Below are positions 26,201-35,462 of a DNA stretch of 64,000 nt, one piece after another. A program made the position numbers and the translations under genes. Every line of letters begins with the position of its first letter. Within the stretch, counting starts at the first letter, position 1. This DNA comes from a virus. Below the pieces are notes generated by a model, which saw only the letters and a program-made list of their open reading frames with translations, did no database searches and had not been told where the DNA came from. The stretch is taken from positions 29,538 through 93,537 of the IMG/VR virus record IMGVR_UViG_3300022602_003048; one strand, given 5' to 3'.

Positions 26201-28173
26201 ATCTTACCGGCTATTGTTGAGCTGGTGTTTACTGTGCTGGTCCCATTGACAGTGAGATTGTTCACTGTTAGGTTGTTGAATGTTGGATTGGCAGTAGAAT
26301 CTATGTTCTGTGGCAAGCTAAGCGTTAGGTTCTTGTTACCGGCGTCCGTGACATAGATTTGTGCCTGCGTACCGTACACATTCTGAACGCCCGTAGCGTT
26401 CATCGTGATGTTACCTGTAGTTCCGCTTTGGTACAGGCCGGTGCCCGCAGTGATGCTGGTTACTACATTTCCTGTGATCTGGTTGGCGCTTACGGAACCA
26501 GTCCACGCAGTAGTTTGCCTAGTGCCATCTGACCAAGTGATACCTCCGCTGCCTCCCTGTAGAAGGGTGATGCCTGTGGTGTCTATGGTTAGGGTGTTGT
26601 CCTGTATGGTATTCGTGCCTACTGGTGTAAGGTTTATGGCAATCTTGCTGCCTTTGGCTGAATCTGTGTAATTTTCAGCAGCAACAACGCTGATGTTTCC
26701 GACACCCAGACTATTAAAACCAGTCGCACCATAACCATTTCCGGCTATCCTCATCAGCGTGTCGCCTATCTGCGTAGCTGATGGAGCACTAACAGTACCT
26801 CGGGCCATGCGCCCTGCTATGACATTATATGTTCCTGCGCCATAGGCGTCAACGATTAGCCTAGCAGACTGTCCTGTTTGGTTGATCCAATGTGTGAGCG
26901 TTCCAGCATTGCTCAATGGAGTACCGCTTTGGCCGCTTCCATAGATCTTTAGAGGGCTGTCATTTGCCCCAAATGCTGTTGAGATGACAGTGAAATTACC
27001 GCTGTTGACCGTAGTGCTTCGGTTGATGATGAAACTGCCAGTGGCTTCGATACTGCCTAACAATATGTCCTGCGATGTATCTACTAATCCAATCTTGTTG
27101 CCGTTGAAGAGGAAATTACCGACCTGGAGTCCATCGCCACCTTGTACATATAGGTTACCATCGCGGGCTCCTATGGCTATATCTGTTCCTAGCGTCTCGT
27201 CTAACACGTAGATCGTGCCAGCACCTAACCATATTTCCCTGAATCTCCTGGCGGGACTACCTAGCCTCCATTGGTCTGTGGTATAGGGTAGGATATCGTT
27301 GTGAGGCACGATATTACCACCAGGTCCCGCATTTAGCGTGATATCTGTGTTGGCCTGTGTCTGTATACTCAATCCAGCGTTGACGATTGACCGTGCGGTG
27401 GTTACTGTAGTGCCTGCAGCAGGCGCGGTCGCTGTACCAAAATCAGTGTTAACTATCACATAGGTAGCATATGAATTGCTACCTACATAGACTACTGTGC
27501 TGTTCGTAGGGATACCGGCACCTGCTATTATATCTCCGACCTGTAGTATGGGTGAGGGAGTAGTAGTGAAAGAATAGACAGTCCAAGGAGCTATTATACC
27601 GTTGGGTATCCCATACTGTCCCACGGTCAATGCTGTAGTAGAACTGTGGTCTATCACTGCTGCTAATGTTAGGTTGGCTATGTTGGCTACTATCTGGCTG
27701 GTGTCGCTGATCAGCGTACCCGCCGGTATCTTGACGCCATTGGTTGATAGATATCCCGAGCCGTTGGGATTTATCACTATGTCGCCGTTGACATCATTGC
27801 CTGTTATGGTTTGGTCTACGATGGTTAGATTGCCTAGATTGTTGAAGTTGCTGGTAGTGAGATAGCCAGCATCATTGAAGAAAGCACTCACATTGGTAGG
27901 GATCGCTGCTACAGATATAACACCATTGCTGTCGATGTTGATGTTAGAACCTATCTTCACGCCGCCTAGTGTTGAACTGGTAGCCTGTGGCAGCGTGTAA
28001 GCCATAGCGATGCGATTGGTATTGTCTGTGAGCTGGCTAACATCGGTAGGTATGTTCGAAGTAGCAGCGTAAACCTCACCAAAGTTCTGGTTGATCTTAT
28101 CAAAGGCAGAGTATAAACCTTCTCCATCTCCTGCTAGCGGTCCTGAACCTATGTTGATTATCTGTTTTGTCAT
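23251..28173 (-). CDS. tail fibre protein with collagen-like segment
   Basis: 1640 aa, G/T/S-rich; N-terminal KQIINIG..GDG..L..AF.KIN.NF baseplate-attachment motif; GNVTGNV and GYTGS repeats. Confidence 0.85.
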   Translation of the reverse strand: MTKQIINIGSGPLAGDGEGLYSAFDKINQNFGEVYAATSNIPTDVSQLTDNTNRIAMAYTLPQATSSTLGGVKIGSNINIDSNGVISVAAIPTNVSAFFNDAGYLTTSNFNNLGNLTIVDQTITGNDVNGDIVINPNGSGYLSTNGVKIPAGTLISDTSQIVANIANLTLAAVIDHSSTTALTVGQYGIPNGIIAPWTVYSFTTTPSPILQVGDIIAGAGIPTNSTVVYVGSNSYATYVIVNTDFGTATAPAAGTTVTTARSIVNAGLSIQTQANTDITLNAGPGGNIVPHNDILPYTTDQWRLGSPARRFREIWLGAGTIYVLDETLGTDIAIGARDGNLYVQGGDGLQVGNFLFNGNKIGLVDTSQDILLGSIEATGSFIINRSTTVNSGNFTVISTAFGANDSPLKIYGSGQSGTPLSNAGTLTHWINQTGQSARLIVDAYGAGTYNVIAGRMARGTVSAPSATQIGDTLMRIAGNGYGATGFNSLGVGNISVVAAENYTDSAKGSKIAINLTPVGTNTIQDNTLTIDTTGITLLQGGSGGITWSDGTRQTTAWTGSVSANQITGNVVTSITAGTGLYQSGTTGNITMNATGVQNVYGTQAQIYVTDAGNKNLTLSLPQNIDSTANPTFNNLTVNNLTVNGTSTVNTSSTIAGKILYLATGSTGASQIDGGGIILGASPFAQQILYNLTNNYWDLGTAGIKVASEVDTGSLSANTISVSNTARFGTAYVGSAYPNAFLQIDENANSYVQLVQQNHSNGTNASTDFVASNDLGDDSSYFIDMGINSSTYNGTSVGWTVSGANDAYLYNANGNLTIGTSTAGAVIKFHTGGTLSTNIRAIISDTGLNVAGSVTATGFTGSVYGNVIGNVTGNVTGNVSGNAGTVTHGVYTTDTGTVTNLMLAGSITNGKLTNSSVTVTAGSGLSGGGTVSLGGSIILTNADGGSQQNIFKNVFVTGQGTITAISNNDTLTFTAGSGVSMTTAGSTITVSSTVPIGYTGSRGYLGSAGAAGAVGYTGSFGSIGYTGSQGPQGMQGVGFTGSQGIQGISGYTGSFGVAGYTGSIGFTGYAGSVGYAGSQGPQGAQGTNTTLKGSVATVGALPASGNTVGDGYIVIASGHLYVWSGAAWTDVGAIVGPTGYTGSGYAGSQGTIGYTGSLGAVGYVGSQGNLGFVGSFGFTGSYGYTGSQGYWGSFGYTGSQGTVGYAGSQGNIGYTGSVGPNIAATTSTLGSVIVSTGLAVTGGGTLTNAGVTSAVAGLGIGVSSGTGNVTITNNGVLAVNGYTGSVTGIITSNDTGTVTNAMLAGSIANSKLTNSSVTIGSTSISLGATSTILGGLTSVSATTFTGNLTGNVTGNVSGTAASITGTYSGSLSSSQVTTALGFTPLQTAVTSLAGTANQISVSASTGSVTISLPSAVTFPGPVTLSAGTNSVDPLTFVAGSNLTSASAGATEYDGKALYFTPQGAQRGILPSLQYYVLNANYSLANQSSTQSLLGVGVTLSSGTRYQYRILCTIYASSGVRTSSGIQYALAGTATLAQHTYIVNPACSSGQTTPTQVYQMSNHITTGFTTLVTVSNSISGTAYYNLIIDGSIDVTTGGTVIPQLGFSNSQTPGSSSYVQAGATIEIWPIGASGANTSVGTWA
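24525..25190 (-). repeat. collagen-like Gly-X-Y repeats (G[YF][TAV]GSx)
   Basis: Two blocks of GYTGSQ/GYAGS/GFTGS repeats interrupted by a small globular domain. Confidence 0.85.
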
Positions 28174-28183
28174 TTATGGCACC

Positions 28184-28600
28184 TTAGTGATTGAGCAATA
28201 TCTGTGTTATGGTACCCTGGGTCCAATTAGTAACATTGGCGCGGATCCATATGAAATTACCTACGAAATTGTAAGAAGTTACTGAAGTAGTCGCTGAAAC
28301 GTATGTTAGCAGGCTAGCGGGGCTGAGCCTCAGCACTAGTCCTGTCGTGTCAACTGAGAATCTATCTTGCGAAGATAATGGGATGTTTACCCAATCTCCC
28401 GCACCGGGCGAAGCAGCTAGTGTGCCCTGTATGTTTATGCTGCCTATGAAATTGGCTAACTCTATCTGTACGGTATGGGTACCATCGCCCCATCCGTAGT
28501 AACCATCTCCCTTGAAAGGATCTCCTACGAGCGTGGTAGGACCTGTACCCATCGTAGGGTAGCTGGTGCTGGGAACTATAACATCGCTGATTGCTGGCAT
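28184..28600 (-). CDS. conserved hypothetical virion protein
   Basis: KGDGYYG..DG.HTVQ, NFVGNFIWIRA; TAAATA at 28622-28627. Confidence 0.7.
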   Translation of the reverse strand: MPAISDVIVPSTSYPTMGTGPTTLVGDPFKGDGYYGWGDGTHTVQIELANFIGSINIQGTLAASPGAGDWVNIPLSSQDRFSVDTTGLVLRLSPASLLTYVSATTSVTSYNFVGNFIWIRANVTNWTQGTITQILLNH

Positions 28601-28661
28601 TTCTGATCTTCCTGTCGTGTATATTTACCACGACAGGGCTTATGCAGACCAGCGCCTCAGA

Positions 28662-28949
28662 TCATTTGTATTTTTTAGCGGGTTTTATGCGATAGGCCTG
28701 TGCGAAGCGAGGAACGTCCATGCCCTCGATAGTCATGATGTCTTCAAAATCCGCATGCCTCTGCTTGCCTCCCTCGAAAATAGCCGTGATACCAGTAGGA
28801 TCTATGCTGTGTATCGTGCCAAACTTTTCGCGTGTGACAGGTATGTGACCGAACGCATTGACTGGAACCCTTGCGCTCACAGTCATACCTACGTTCAAGA
28901 AACGCTTATCTGCCAGCAGTTTAGCTAGATTTATCATGTTATTAGACAT
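28662..28949 (-). CDS. hypothetical protein
   Basis: 95 aa ORF in operon. Confidence 0.6.
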   Translation of the reverse strand: MSNNMINLAKLLADKRFLNVGMTVSARVPVNAFGHIPVTREKFGTIHSIDPTGITAIFEGGKQRHADFEDIMTIEGMDVPRFAQAYRIKPAKKYK

Positions 28950-29652
28950 TTGCTTCTTCCTGTTGTTTGAGTTCTTCTTCTGTTATCATCCTTATCACTT
29001 CTTTAATAATGGGATCTGCTACTAATCTCATCATCAAGAGGTACTGTTCGTCCTTGATGTATAGATAATTCTGATAGAACCAACGCTTATCCGGTTCTCT
29101 CAGGTACTGCCTAAACCCATGAGTTACGTGTTTGAACTTATCTGGATGCCTCTCTAATAGATTGTATATGGACTGTTTGTTGGTGTATGGCAGACTAGTC
29201 TTTGGGTTGGTCAGCATGAGCTTGTAGCGGCAATCGTGTGTCAGCTGTTTCTTTATCATAGTCCTTTCGTTGGACAATAGATAATCTAGAGCCTGATTAT
29301 CAACTGGTTCATAGAATTCTTGGAAACAGTCCTCGGGGAGGACAGCTAGTGCCCGGTCTAAGAAACTGCGATCCTTGAAGAACAGGCTGAATCTGTATCC
29401 TTCTATCCTAGTGCGCAGCTCATTACGATCATATCCTGATAACAGATCAAAGAGATTGGACACAGCAGCTTGGTTCCTCCAAGCTGCTTCTCTAACTCGT
29501 CCGGCCGGTGGTTTCTTGTGCTTCTTTACCTGCTCAAATTCATGAGCAGACAACAGCTTTGCGCACATAGCCCATGTTGATCCTATGACCAATTTGTAGG
29601 GGAAGATCCTATAATATAGGCTCTCAGACTTGTGATAAGACAGCATCAGCAT
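28942..29652 (-). CDS. hypothetical protein
   Basis: 236 aa ORF overlapping the clpA stop. Confidence 0.65.
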   Translation of the reverse strand: MLMLSYHKSESLYYRIFPYKLVIGSTWAMCAKLLSAHEFEQVKKHKKPPAGRVREAAWRNQAAVSNLFDLLSGYDRNELRTRIEGYRFSLFFKDRSFLDRALAVLPEDCFQEFYEPVDNQALDYLLSNERTMIKKQLTHDCRYKLMLTNPKTSLPYTNKQSIYNLLERHPDKFKHVTHGFRQYLREPDKRWFYQNYLYIKDEQYLLMMRLVADPIIKEVIRMITEEELKQQEEANV

Positions 29653-31873
29653 CAGTTATTGCTCCAATTTCAAGTATAACATCATCGTTGCTAGCGTCAA
29701 CCGTCACAGTTCCGCCACTCTTCAGCTTACCAAACAGCAGTTCACGGCTCATTGGTTTCTTGATCTCTTGATCGATGATGCGTGATAGCGGTCTAGCACC
29801 CATCTTTGGATCAAATCCTCTCTTGATCAGCAGATCGATCCCATCTAAGGTCAGCACTACCTTGACGTTTTTCTCTCTCACTAGGTCATTCAGTTCTTTC
29901 ACGAACTTGTAGACGATCATAGTCATGCTTGATTTGCTTAGCTTATTGAATTTGATGATACCATCGAGCCTGTTGCGGAATTCTGGAGCAAAGAAAGATT
30001 TCATAGCATCGTCGCTGTCGTTATAACGATCCTCTGACGAGAATCCGATAGTCGCACGTTCTGCGTCCTTAGCACCTAGATTGCTGGTCATTATCAGTAT
30101 CAAATTCCTGCAATCTGCTACCTTACCATTGGACCCTGTCACTTGTCCGTTATCCATGATCTGCAACAGTACGTTGCTCACGTCTGGATGTGCTTTTTCT
30201 ATCTCATCCAGCAGCAGCACACAGTTGGGGCTTTCCTGTATCTTGGTGATCAGCTGTCCTGCATTGTCATCAAACCCCACATAACCCGGAGGTGAACCTA
30301 TCAGCTTGGCTACACTGTGCTTTTCTTGGTACTCACTCATATCAAAACGAATCAATTTTACTGCTAGATTGTCCGCCAGCTGCTTAGCTGTCTCAGTCTT
30401 GCCACAGCCAGTGGGTCCAACGAACAAGAAGCTACCGATAGGCTTAGTAGGACTCTTTAATCCTGCGCGGGCGATAAAGATCTTGTCCAGCACATCGTTG
30501 ATGGCGGTATCTTGTCCAAACACTTTAGACTTCATGTTGCTTTCTAACATTGACAACCCTTCGCTTTCGGTCTCAGCTACAGCTTCGACCGGTAGCTTGA
30601 CCATCTTGCTCAGTTCAAACTCGATATTTGACTTGCGTACCACACGCTCTGAATTAGGATCTAGCTTGAAACGGCTGCAGGCTAGATCGATGAGATCGAT
30701 GGCCTTATCGGGCAGCTTCTTGTCAGTGAGATATTTCACAGACAGTTTTACTGAGTTTTCCAACGCTTCATCTGTGATTTCAGCGGCATGAAATTTCTCA
30801 TAGTACTTGCGTATGCCCTTTAAGATATCGATAGTGACTTCCGTGCTGGGTTCGTCGACTGTGACACGCTGGAACCGACGCATCAGCGCACGATCCTTCT
30901 CAAAGTGCTTGCGGTATTCCTCCCACGTAGTGCTAGCGATGACCTTGATAGCACCCTTGCTGAGCGCAGGCTTTAGCATGTTGGCCATATCGTTGGGATT
31001 ATTGCTGCTTGATCCTGCTCCGTTCATCATGTGTGCTTCGTCAATGAACACGACAGCCTTGCCTTTTTTCTCGATGGCTTTGATGACAGCTTTGAGTCGC
31101 TCTTCAAACTCACCACGATACTTAGATCCAGCCAGCAGTGATCCAATATCTAGATTGTAAAGCGTATGTTCATGCAAAAACTCCGGTATGTCACCGTTGA
31201 CGATCTTATAGGCGAGACCCTCTGCGATAGCGGTCTTACCGACGCCTGGGTCACCGACCATGATCACGTTGGCCTTGTTGCGGCGTCCTAGCGCAAGCAC
31301 TATGCTTTCGATCTCAATATCTCTACCGATCACCGGATCGATCTTGTTCTTCTCTACCTGCTGGTTTAGGTTAGTAGTATACTGTGCCAGCATCTTGTCT
31401 ATCTGGTTGCCGGAGAAATTCTCTTCGTCTACGCTGATAGTTTCTGTATCAACATATTCAGCGAACTGCGCTTTAGTGAAGCCTGCTTTGTTTAGATAGA
31501 AAACAGCGTGGCTTTTCTTCTCGCTCAGTATGCTGAGCAGTAGGTCGTTCACTTCGATCTTCTGCCTGCCATTGAACAGCACTTGTGTGAAAGCACGATT
31601 CAAGCAGCGTTCTACACTAGCGGTCTTCTGCGGTTTAATTTTCTTGCTGCTCCCAACGATAGATACAAGGTTGTTCCTGATGAAATGATCTAGATTGGCA
31701 CGCACATAATTTAGATCACTGGGATAGTCCTTGATGAATTCTACAAATTTTTCATCAGTGAGTATAGCTAGAGTTAGATGTTCTATAGTGAGATATTCGT
31801 GCATAAATGATGCAGCTATCTCTAATGCTTTCTCGAAAACGTTCTGTAGCTCTTCGCTTGGTTCTAGCATCAT
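29624..31873 (-). CDS. clpA: ATP-dependent Clp protease ATPase subunit ClpA
   Basis: Clp N-domain (HEYLTIEHL), two AAA modules (GDPGVGKT, GPTGCGKT), RFDMSEY, IGF loop, MGARPL; no ClpB middle domain. Confidence 0.92.
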   Translation of the reverse strand: MMLEPSEELQNVFEKALEIAASFMHEYLTIEHLTLAILTDEKFVEFIKDYPSDLNYVRANLDHFIRNNLVSIVGSSKKIKPQKTASVERCLNRAFTQVLFNGRQKIEVNDLLLSILSEKKSHAVFYLNKAGFTKAQFAEYVDTETISVDEENFSGNQIDKMLAQYTTNLNQQVEKNKIDPVIGRDIEIESIVLALGRRNKANVIMVGDPGVGKTAIAEGLAYKIVNGDIPEFLHEHTLYNLDIGSLLAGSKYRGEFEERLKAVIKAIEKKGKAVVFIDEAHMMNGAGSSSNNPNDMANMLKPALSKGAIKVIASTTWEEYRKHFEKDRALMRRFQRVTVDEPSTEVTIDILKGIRKYYEKFHAAEITDEALENSVKLSVKYLTDKKLPDKAIDLIDLACSRFKLDPNSERVVRKSNIEFELSKMVKLPVEAVAETESEGLSMLESNMKSKVFGQDTAINDVLDKIFIARAGLKSPTKPIGSFLFVGPTGCGKTETAKQLADNLAVKLIRFDMSEYQEKHSVAKLIGSPPGYVGFDDNAGQLITKIQESPNCVLLLDEIEKAHPDVSNVLLQIMDNGQVTGSNGKVADCRNLILIMTSNLGAKDAERATIGFSSEDRYNDSDDAMKSFFAPEFRNRLDGIIKFNKLSKSSMTMIVYKFVKELNDLVREKNVKVVLTLDGIDLLIKRGFDPKMGARPLSRIIDQEIKKPMSRELLFGKLKSGGTVTVDASNDDVILEIGAITDADAVLSQV

Positions 31874-31877
31874 AACA

Positions 31878-32378
31878 TTATCTCCAATTCTTCTTCATCT
31901 TTTTGAGGGCCATTTCTATCTTCAGCTTGCTTACCCTATTAGTAAAGCATATGCCATCTAGGTGGTCTATCTCGTGCTGCACTACTTTTGCAACATAACC
32001 ATCTACCCTTACATCGTTCCATAAACCTCTGCTATCTTGATAGGTCATCTCAACCCATATAGGTCGGCTTACCTTTAACCATAGTCCAGGGAAGCTGAGA
32101 CAGCCTTCTCTATCTAGAGAAGTTTCTCGACTGGTACCAGTAATCATTGGATTGAAGAACGCCTGAGGTTTTGGAAATCCATCTATACCGTTAGATCCTA
32201 TGACGAAGACTCTGCTCTGTATATCGACTTGGTTGGCAGCAAGCCCTATACCTCTGTTTTCATGCATGACAGCGAGCATGTCGTGCTCTAACTGTTCAGG
32301 GTCTAGGTCTCCGTCAAATGTGAATTCCGTGAGTCTCTGGTGGAGGAGTGCGTGTGGTTCATATTTTAATTCTAGCAT
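31878..32378 (-). CDS. def: peptide deformylase
   Basis: GIGLAANQV, EGCLSFP, QHEIDHLDG. Confidence 0.95.
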   Translation of the reverse strand: MLELKYEPHALLHQRLTEFTFDGDLDPEQLEHDMLAVMHENRGIGLAANQVDIQSRVFVIGSNGIDGFPKPQAFFNPMITGTSRETSLDREGCLSFPGLWLKVSRPIWVEMTYQDSRGLWNDVRVDGYVAKVVQHEIDHLDGICFTNRVSKLKIEMALKKMKKNWR

Positions 32379-32384
32379 AACATT

Positions 32385-32413
32385 ATTATATAACAGAACC
32401 CAAGTTTAATCAA
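32385..32413 (-). promoter_or_regulatory. sigma70-type promoter, leaderless def transcript
   Basis: TTGATT-N17-TATAAT-N6-ATG; no SD. Confidence 0.65.
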
Positions 32414-32416
32414 CAG

Positions 32417-33286
32417 TTATCTGTTAGACCCGCGGACTTTGTTTGCCAAATCGTTTACCATAGATATCAGCTGCGGATCTTTTATCACAGGAGTCTTCAC
32501 GTTCACCGTCACGATCATGTGTCCTCTGAGATTGGTAAACTTTACACTAGGAAAACCTATGTCATGGCAGCTGTATTTCCTACCGTGCTGTGTTCCTGGT
32601 TGTATGACGATCTCTATGTTAGTTCCGTCTATGTTCTTGATCGTTTTCTTGCAGCCCAGCATAGCTTCAAAGATGTCAATCTCTGTAGCAGTGACTAGAT
32701 TTAGATCTTCTCTATGGAAGTAAGGATCTTTTTCTACTTCTATAATGACTGTTAGATCGCCGCGCCTCAGGGTAGGTATGCTATCGTCACCGTACTCTGA
32801 TACCTTTAGCGTCATACCATTTTCAACACCTGGCGGTATGTGCAGGGTAACTTTTTCATCGCGTCCGCTCGGGAGCCTATAGGTTATGTCAATGTTTTTA
32901 CCTAGATATGTGTCTTTTAAACTAACACGGCATTTTAAGTTTAGATCTCTGTTCCTCTGCGGCATGTTATTGGTGCGGAAGGTGAATCCAAAATTGCCCA
33001 TGATGTCTTGGAACTCTGGCGGCATATTTCCGAAAGGATTGAAGCCAAAATCATGGAAATTGCCACCAGTGTGTGCATGGAAATGCTGCTGGTTATGGCC
33101 ACCGTGATCGTACATCATCTTCTTCTCAGGGTCGCTGAGTGTGTTATATGCTTCGTTTAATTCCTTGAATTTAGCTTCATCACCTCCGCGATCGGGGTGG
33201 TGCTTCATAGCCATCTTCTTAAATGCTGATTTAATCTCTTCTGGACTTGCGTTCCGTCCAACACCTAACGTATCATAATAGCTCAT
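32417..33286 (-). CDS. DnaJ class B chaperone (CbpA-like)
   Basis: J-domain with HPD, G/F-rich linker, C-terminal DnaJ_C, no Zn finger. Confidence 0.92.
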   Translation of the reverse strand: MSYYDTLGVGRNASPEEIKSAFKKMAMKHHPDRGGDEAKFKELNEAYNTLSDPEKKMMYDHGGHNQQHFHAHTGGNFHDFGFNPFGNMPPEFQDIMGNFGFTFRTNNMPQRNRDLNLKCRVSLKDTYLGKNIDITYRLPSGRDEKVTLHIPPGVENGMTLKVSEYGDDSIPTLRRGDLTVIIEVEKDPYFHREDLNLVTATEIDIFEAMLGCKKTIKNIDGTNIEIVIQPGTQHGRKYSCHDIGFPSVKFTNLRGHMIVTVNVKTPVIKDPQLISMVNDLANKVRGSNR

Positions 33287-33318
33287 GACAATACTTATTC
33301 CACTGTTTTTTGCTCTAA

Positions 33319-34050
33319 TTATTTCTTGAGTTCAAAAACCATCACAGTGTTATCATTTTCAAACACGAAATGGTCTCCGTATTTGGTAATATTATAGTCA
33401 CCGAAGTATTTTGTCAACCATGTAGTTTCAGCAGTCGCAGATTCATCTACACGTATGTTGCCTGCTAGTTTGTTTAGTATATCAGTTCTCGTACCGTGTT
33501 CGATCATTTTCATCTTGATAGGACTGTTGAAAGATCTCTTAAATATCAGATCACCGTTTTCTATCAGCAGATAGTCTAGTGGGCTCTGGCGGAAGAAAAA
33601 CCTAAGCTCGTTCTCAAATATGTCTCCCATCTTGGCCTTGTATTCGTCCGGAGATTTAGGTATAACATCTCGCAGGTCTCTGAGAGGTTTGCTTTGATAA
33701 TCTCTATAGTAACGGAATCGCCAATCATCTATGCCTGAAAGCTCAGATAGCCCATACAATATTTCGTCTATCTGTTCAGCTACTTTCCTGTCTCTTTCGA
33801 GTTCTACGAACACTCTATACGTGTTTCTAGAAACTTCACCTTCGCTAGAATCTGCATCTATCACAGCTTCGTAACTTTTCTCTATAAAGTTTTCTAGATC
33901 TTTGGCAGGCTGACGTCCTGTGACTTCGAAGCTGAGCACTGCTATATCTTCGTCGTTGCCCATCTTGCTTTTGTATGCATCTACTTCAAAAGTTGGATCG
34001 ATGAGATCTGTTAGGTCTCCGGAACTAAGCCCTTCACGCAGTTGGTTCAT
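33319..34050 (-). CDS. conserved phage hypothetical protein
   Basis: 243 aa; D.YKSKMG.D.DI.VLSF, FIEKSY..V.DAD.S.GE. Confidence 0.72.
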   Translation of the reverse strand: MNQLREGLSSGDLTDLIDPTFEVDAYKSKMGNDEDIAVLSFEVTGRQPAKDLENFIEKSYEAVIDADSSEGEVSRNTYRVFVELERDRKVAEQIDEILYGLSELSGIDDWRFRYYRDYQSKPLRDLRDVIPKSPDEYKAKMGDIFENELRFFFRQSPLDYLLIENGDLIFKRSFNSPIKMKMIEHGTRTDILNKLAGNIRVDESATAETTWLTKYFGDYNITKYGDHFVFENDNTVMVFELKK

Positions 34051-34579
34051 TGGTTATATCCTGGACTGGTTGATCTAGAGCTGCACTAGCGCCGCCTTTG
34101 CCTGGCATGGTATCTAGTTCCTGGTAGATGCTTTCGAGGTCGACTTCGCTGTCTTGAGAACCTCGTATAGAACCCTTGAACACTTCAAACATCAGTTCCT
34201 TTGGCATCTTTATGGTTACTATCCATATAGGGTGTTTGTCGAGTATACCCTTCTTGCTCTTTGGACGGAAGTCGCTTGGCTGTTTGATCTTACGAGGCTG
34301 TTCTAAGAAATCTTTGAGATATGATATTTTGCAGTTGTAATCTAGCAGCATCTTTCCGCCCATTGGATCCGGCATCTTTTCTTTGGGCCACATGAAGCTG
34401 CATTCGACCCAGTGCCTCGATATTTTTGGACCTCTAACTAGCTCACCATCTTCCCAGTTCTTGAATACATATAGGTTTAATTCATCTAAGACACGTTCAA
34501 AATCCTTGAGGATCCTGAGACCGTTGTTGCTATCATAGATGGTGGATATGTTCTTTATTATGTCAATATGATTGGGCAT
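34034..34579 (-). CDS. conserved phage hypothetical protein
   Basis: DFERVLDE..LYVF.NW..GELV.GP, MPDP.GG; TAAATA at 34601-34606. Confidence 0.72.
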   Translation of the reverse strand: MPNHIDIIKNISTIYDSNNGLRILKDFERVLDELNLYVFKNWEDGELVRGPKISRHWVECSFMWPKEKMPDPMGGKMLLDYNCKISYLKDFLEQPRKIKQPSDFRPKSKKGILDKHPIWIVTIKMPKELMFEVFKGSIRGSQDSEVDLESIYQELDTMPGKGGASAALDQPVQDITNEPTA

Positions 34580-34726
34580 TAGTGTCTCGCTTGTATGAAT
34601 TATTTATCGTTCAAAAACTTTATATAACCACTTGTGATCTTGACACAGCATTTAAATACTTGTGTAGGACGACTGGTCCTCATTTTTGGACAGATCGTTC
34701 TTCGGCAATATGAAGGAGAAAAGCAT

Positions 34727-35458
34727 TTGTCTAGACAGCGAGCTAATAAGAAGCAGCAACAATCTACCCGTTTTAATAATAACGTAATTGATTTCCAACA
34801 ATACGTACCTCCAAAAAAAGCACAAGTAAAGATAATTCCACGCAATAGAGCACAAGAGAATTACTTCCTAAAGCTACAAGATCCAAACAAGACAATGCTA
34901 TTTGCTGTAGGACCTGCGGGTACTGGTAAGACCCTATTGGCTACACAGATGGCTATTAAACTGTTGAAAGAAGGAGAGATAGACAAGATCATAGTTACTA
35001 GACCAGCAGTCAGTGTTGACGAACAACATGGATTCCTCCCAGGAACACTAGAAAAGAAGATGGAGCCATGGACACGTCCGATATTTGATGTGTTTAGCGA
35101 ATATTATTACGCAAAAGATATACAGAATATGCTGCTAGAAGGAGTGATAGAAGTCAGTCCGCTTGCATACATGAGGGGGAGAACGTTTAAGAATGCTTTT
35201 ATATTAGCCGATGAGATGCAGAATGCCACACCTAATCAGATGAAGATGCTGCTGACTCGCATAGGTGAGAACAGTCGCATGGTAATCACTGGTGATCTAA
35301 AACAAGCTGACCGATTAGAGGATAACGGGCTGATCGAATTCATCCGCCTGCTCACTTCACACAAAGATCTCAAACATGTTGACATAGTCAACTTTGGACA
35401 GAAGGACATTGAAAGACATCCTGCGGTCAAGGAGATATTAGAGATATACGGCGATTGA
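34727..35458 (+). CDS. phoH: PhoH-like ATPase (TTG start re-assigned)
   Basis: GPAGTGKT, TRPAV, GFLPG, MRGRTF, DEMQN, TGDLKQ; SD AAGGAG before TTG 34727. Confidence 0.92.
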   Translation: MSRQRANKKQQQSTRFNNNVIDFQQYVPPKKAQVKIIPRNRAQENYFLKLQDPNKTMLFAVGPAGTGKTLLATQMAIKLLKEGEIDKIIVTRPAVSVDEQHGFLPGTLEKKMEPWTRPIFDVFSEYYYAKDIQNMLLEGVIEVSPLAYMRGRTFKNAFILADEMQNATPNQMKMLLTRIGENSRMVITGDLKQADRLEDNGLIEFIRLLTSHKDLKHVDIVNFGQKDIERHPAVKEILEIYGD

Positions 35459-35462
35459 GCTG

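Noticed and set aside
34634-34726. N-terminal extensions given by the ORF track (phoH; also 5810-6142, 36939-37292, 52940-53368)
   Set aside because: Better SD-supported downstream starts exist, and the extensions overlap promoters or other genes
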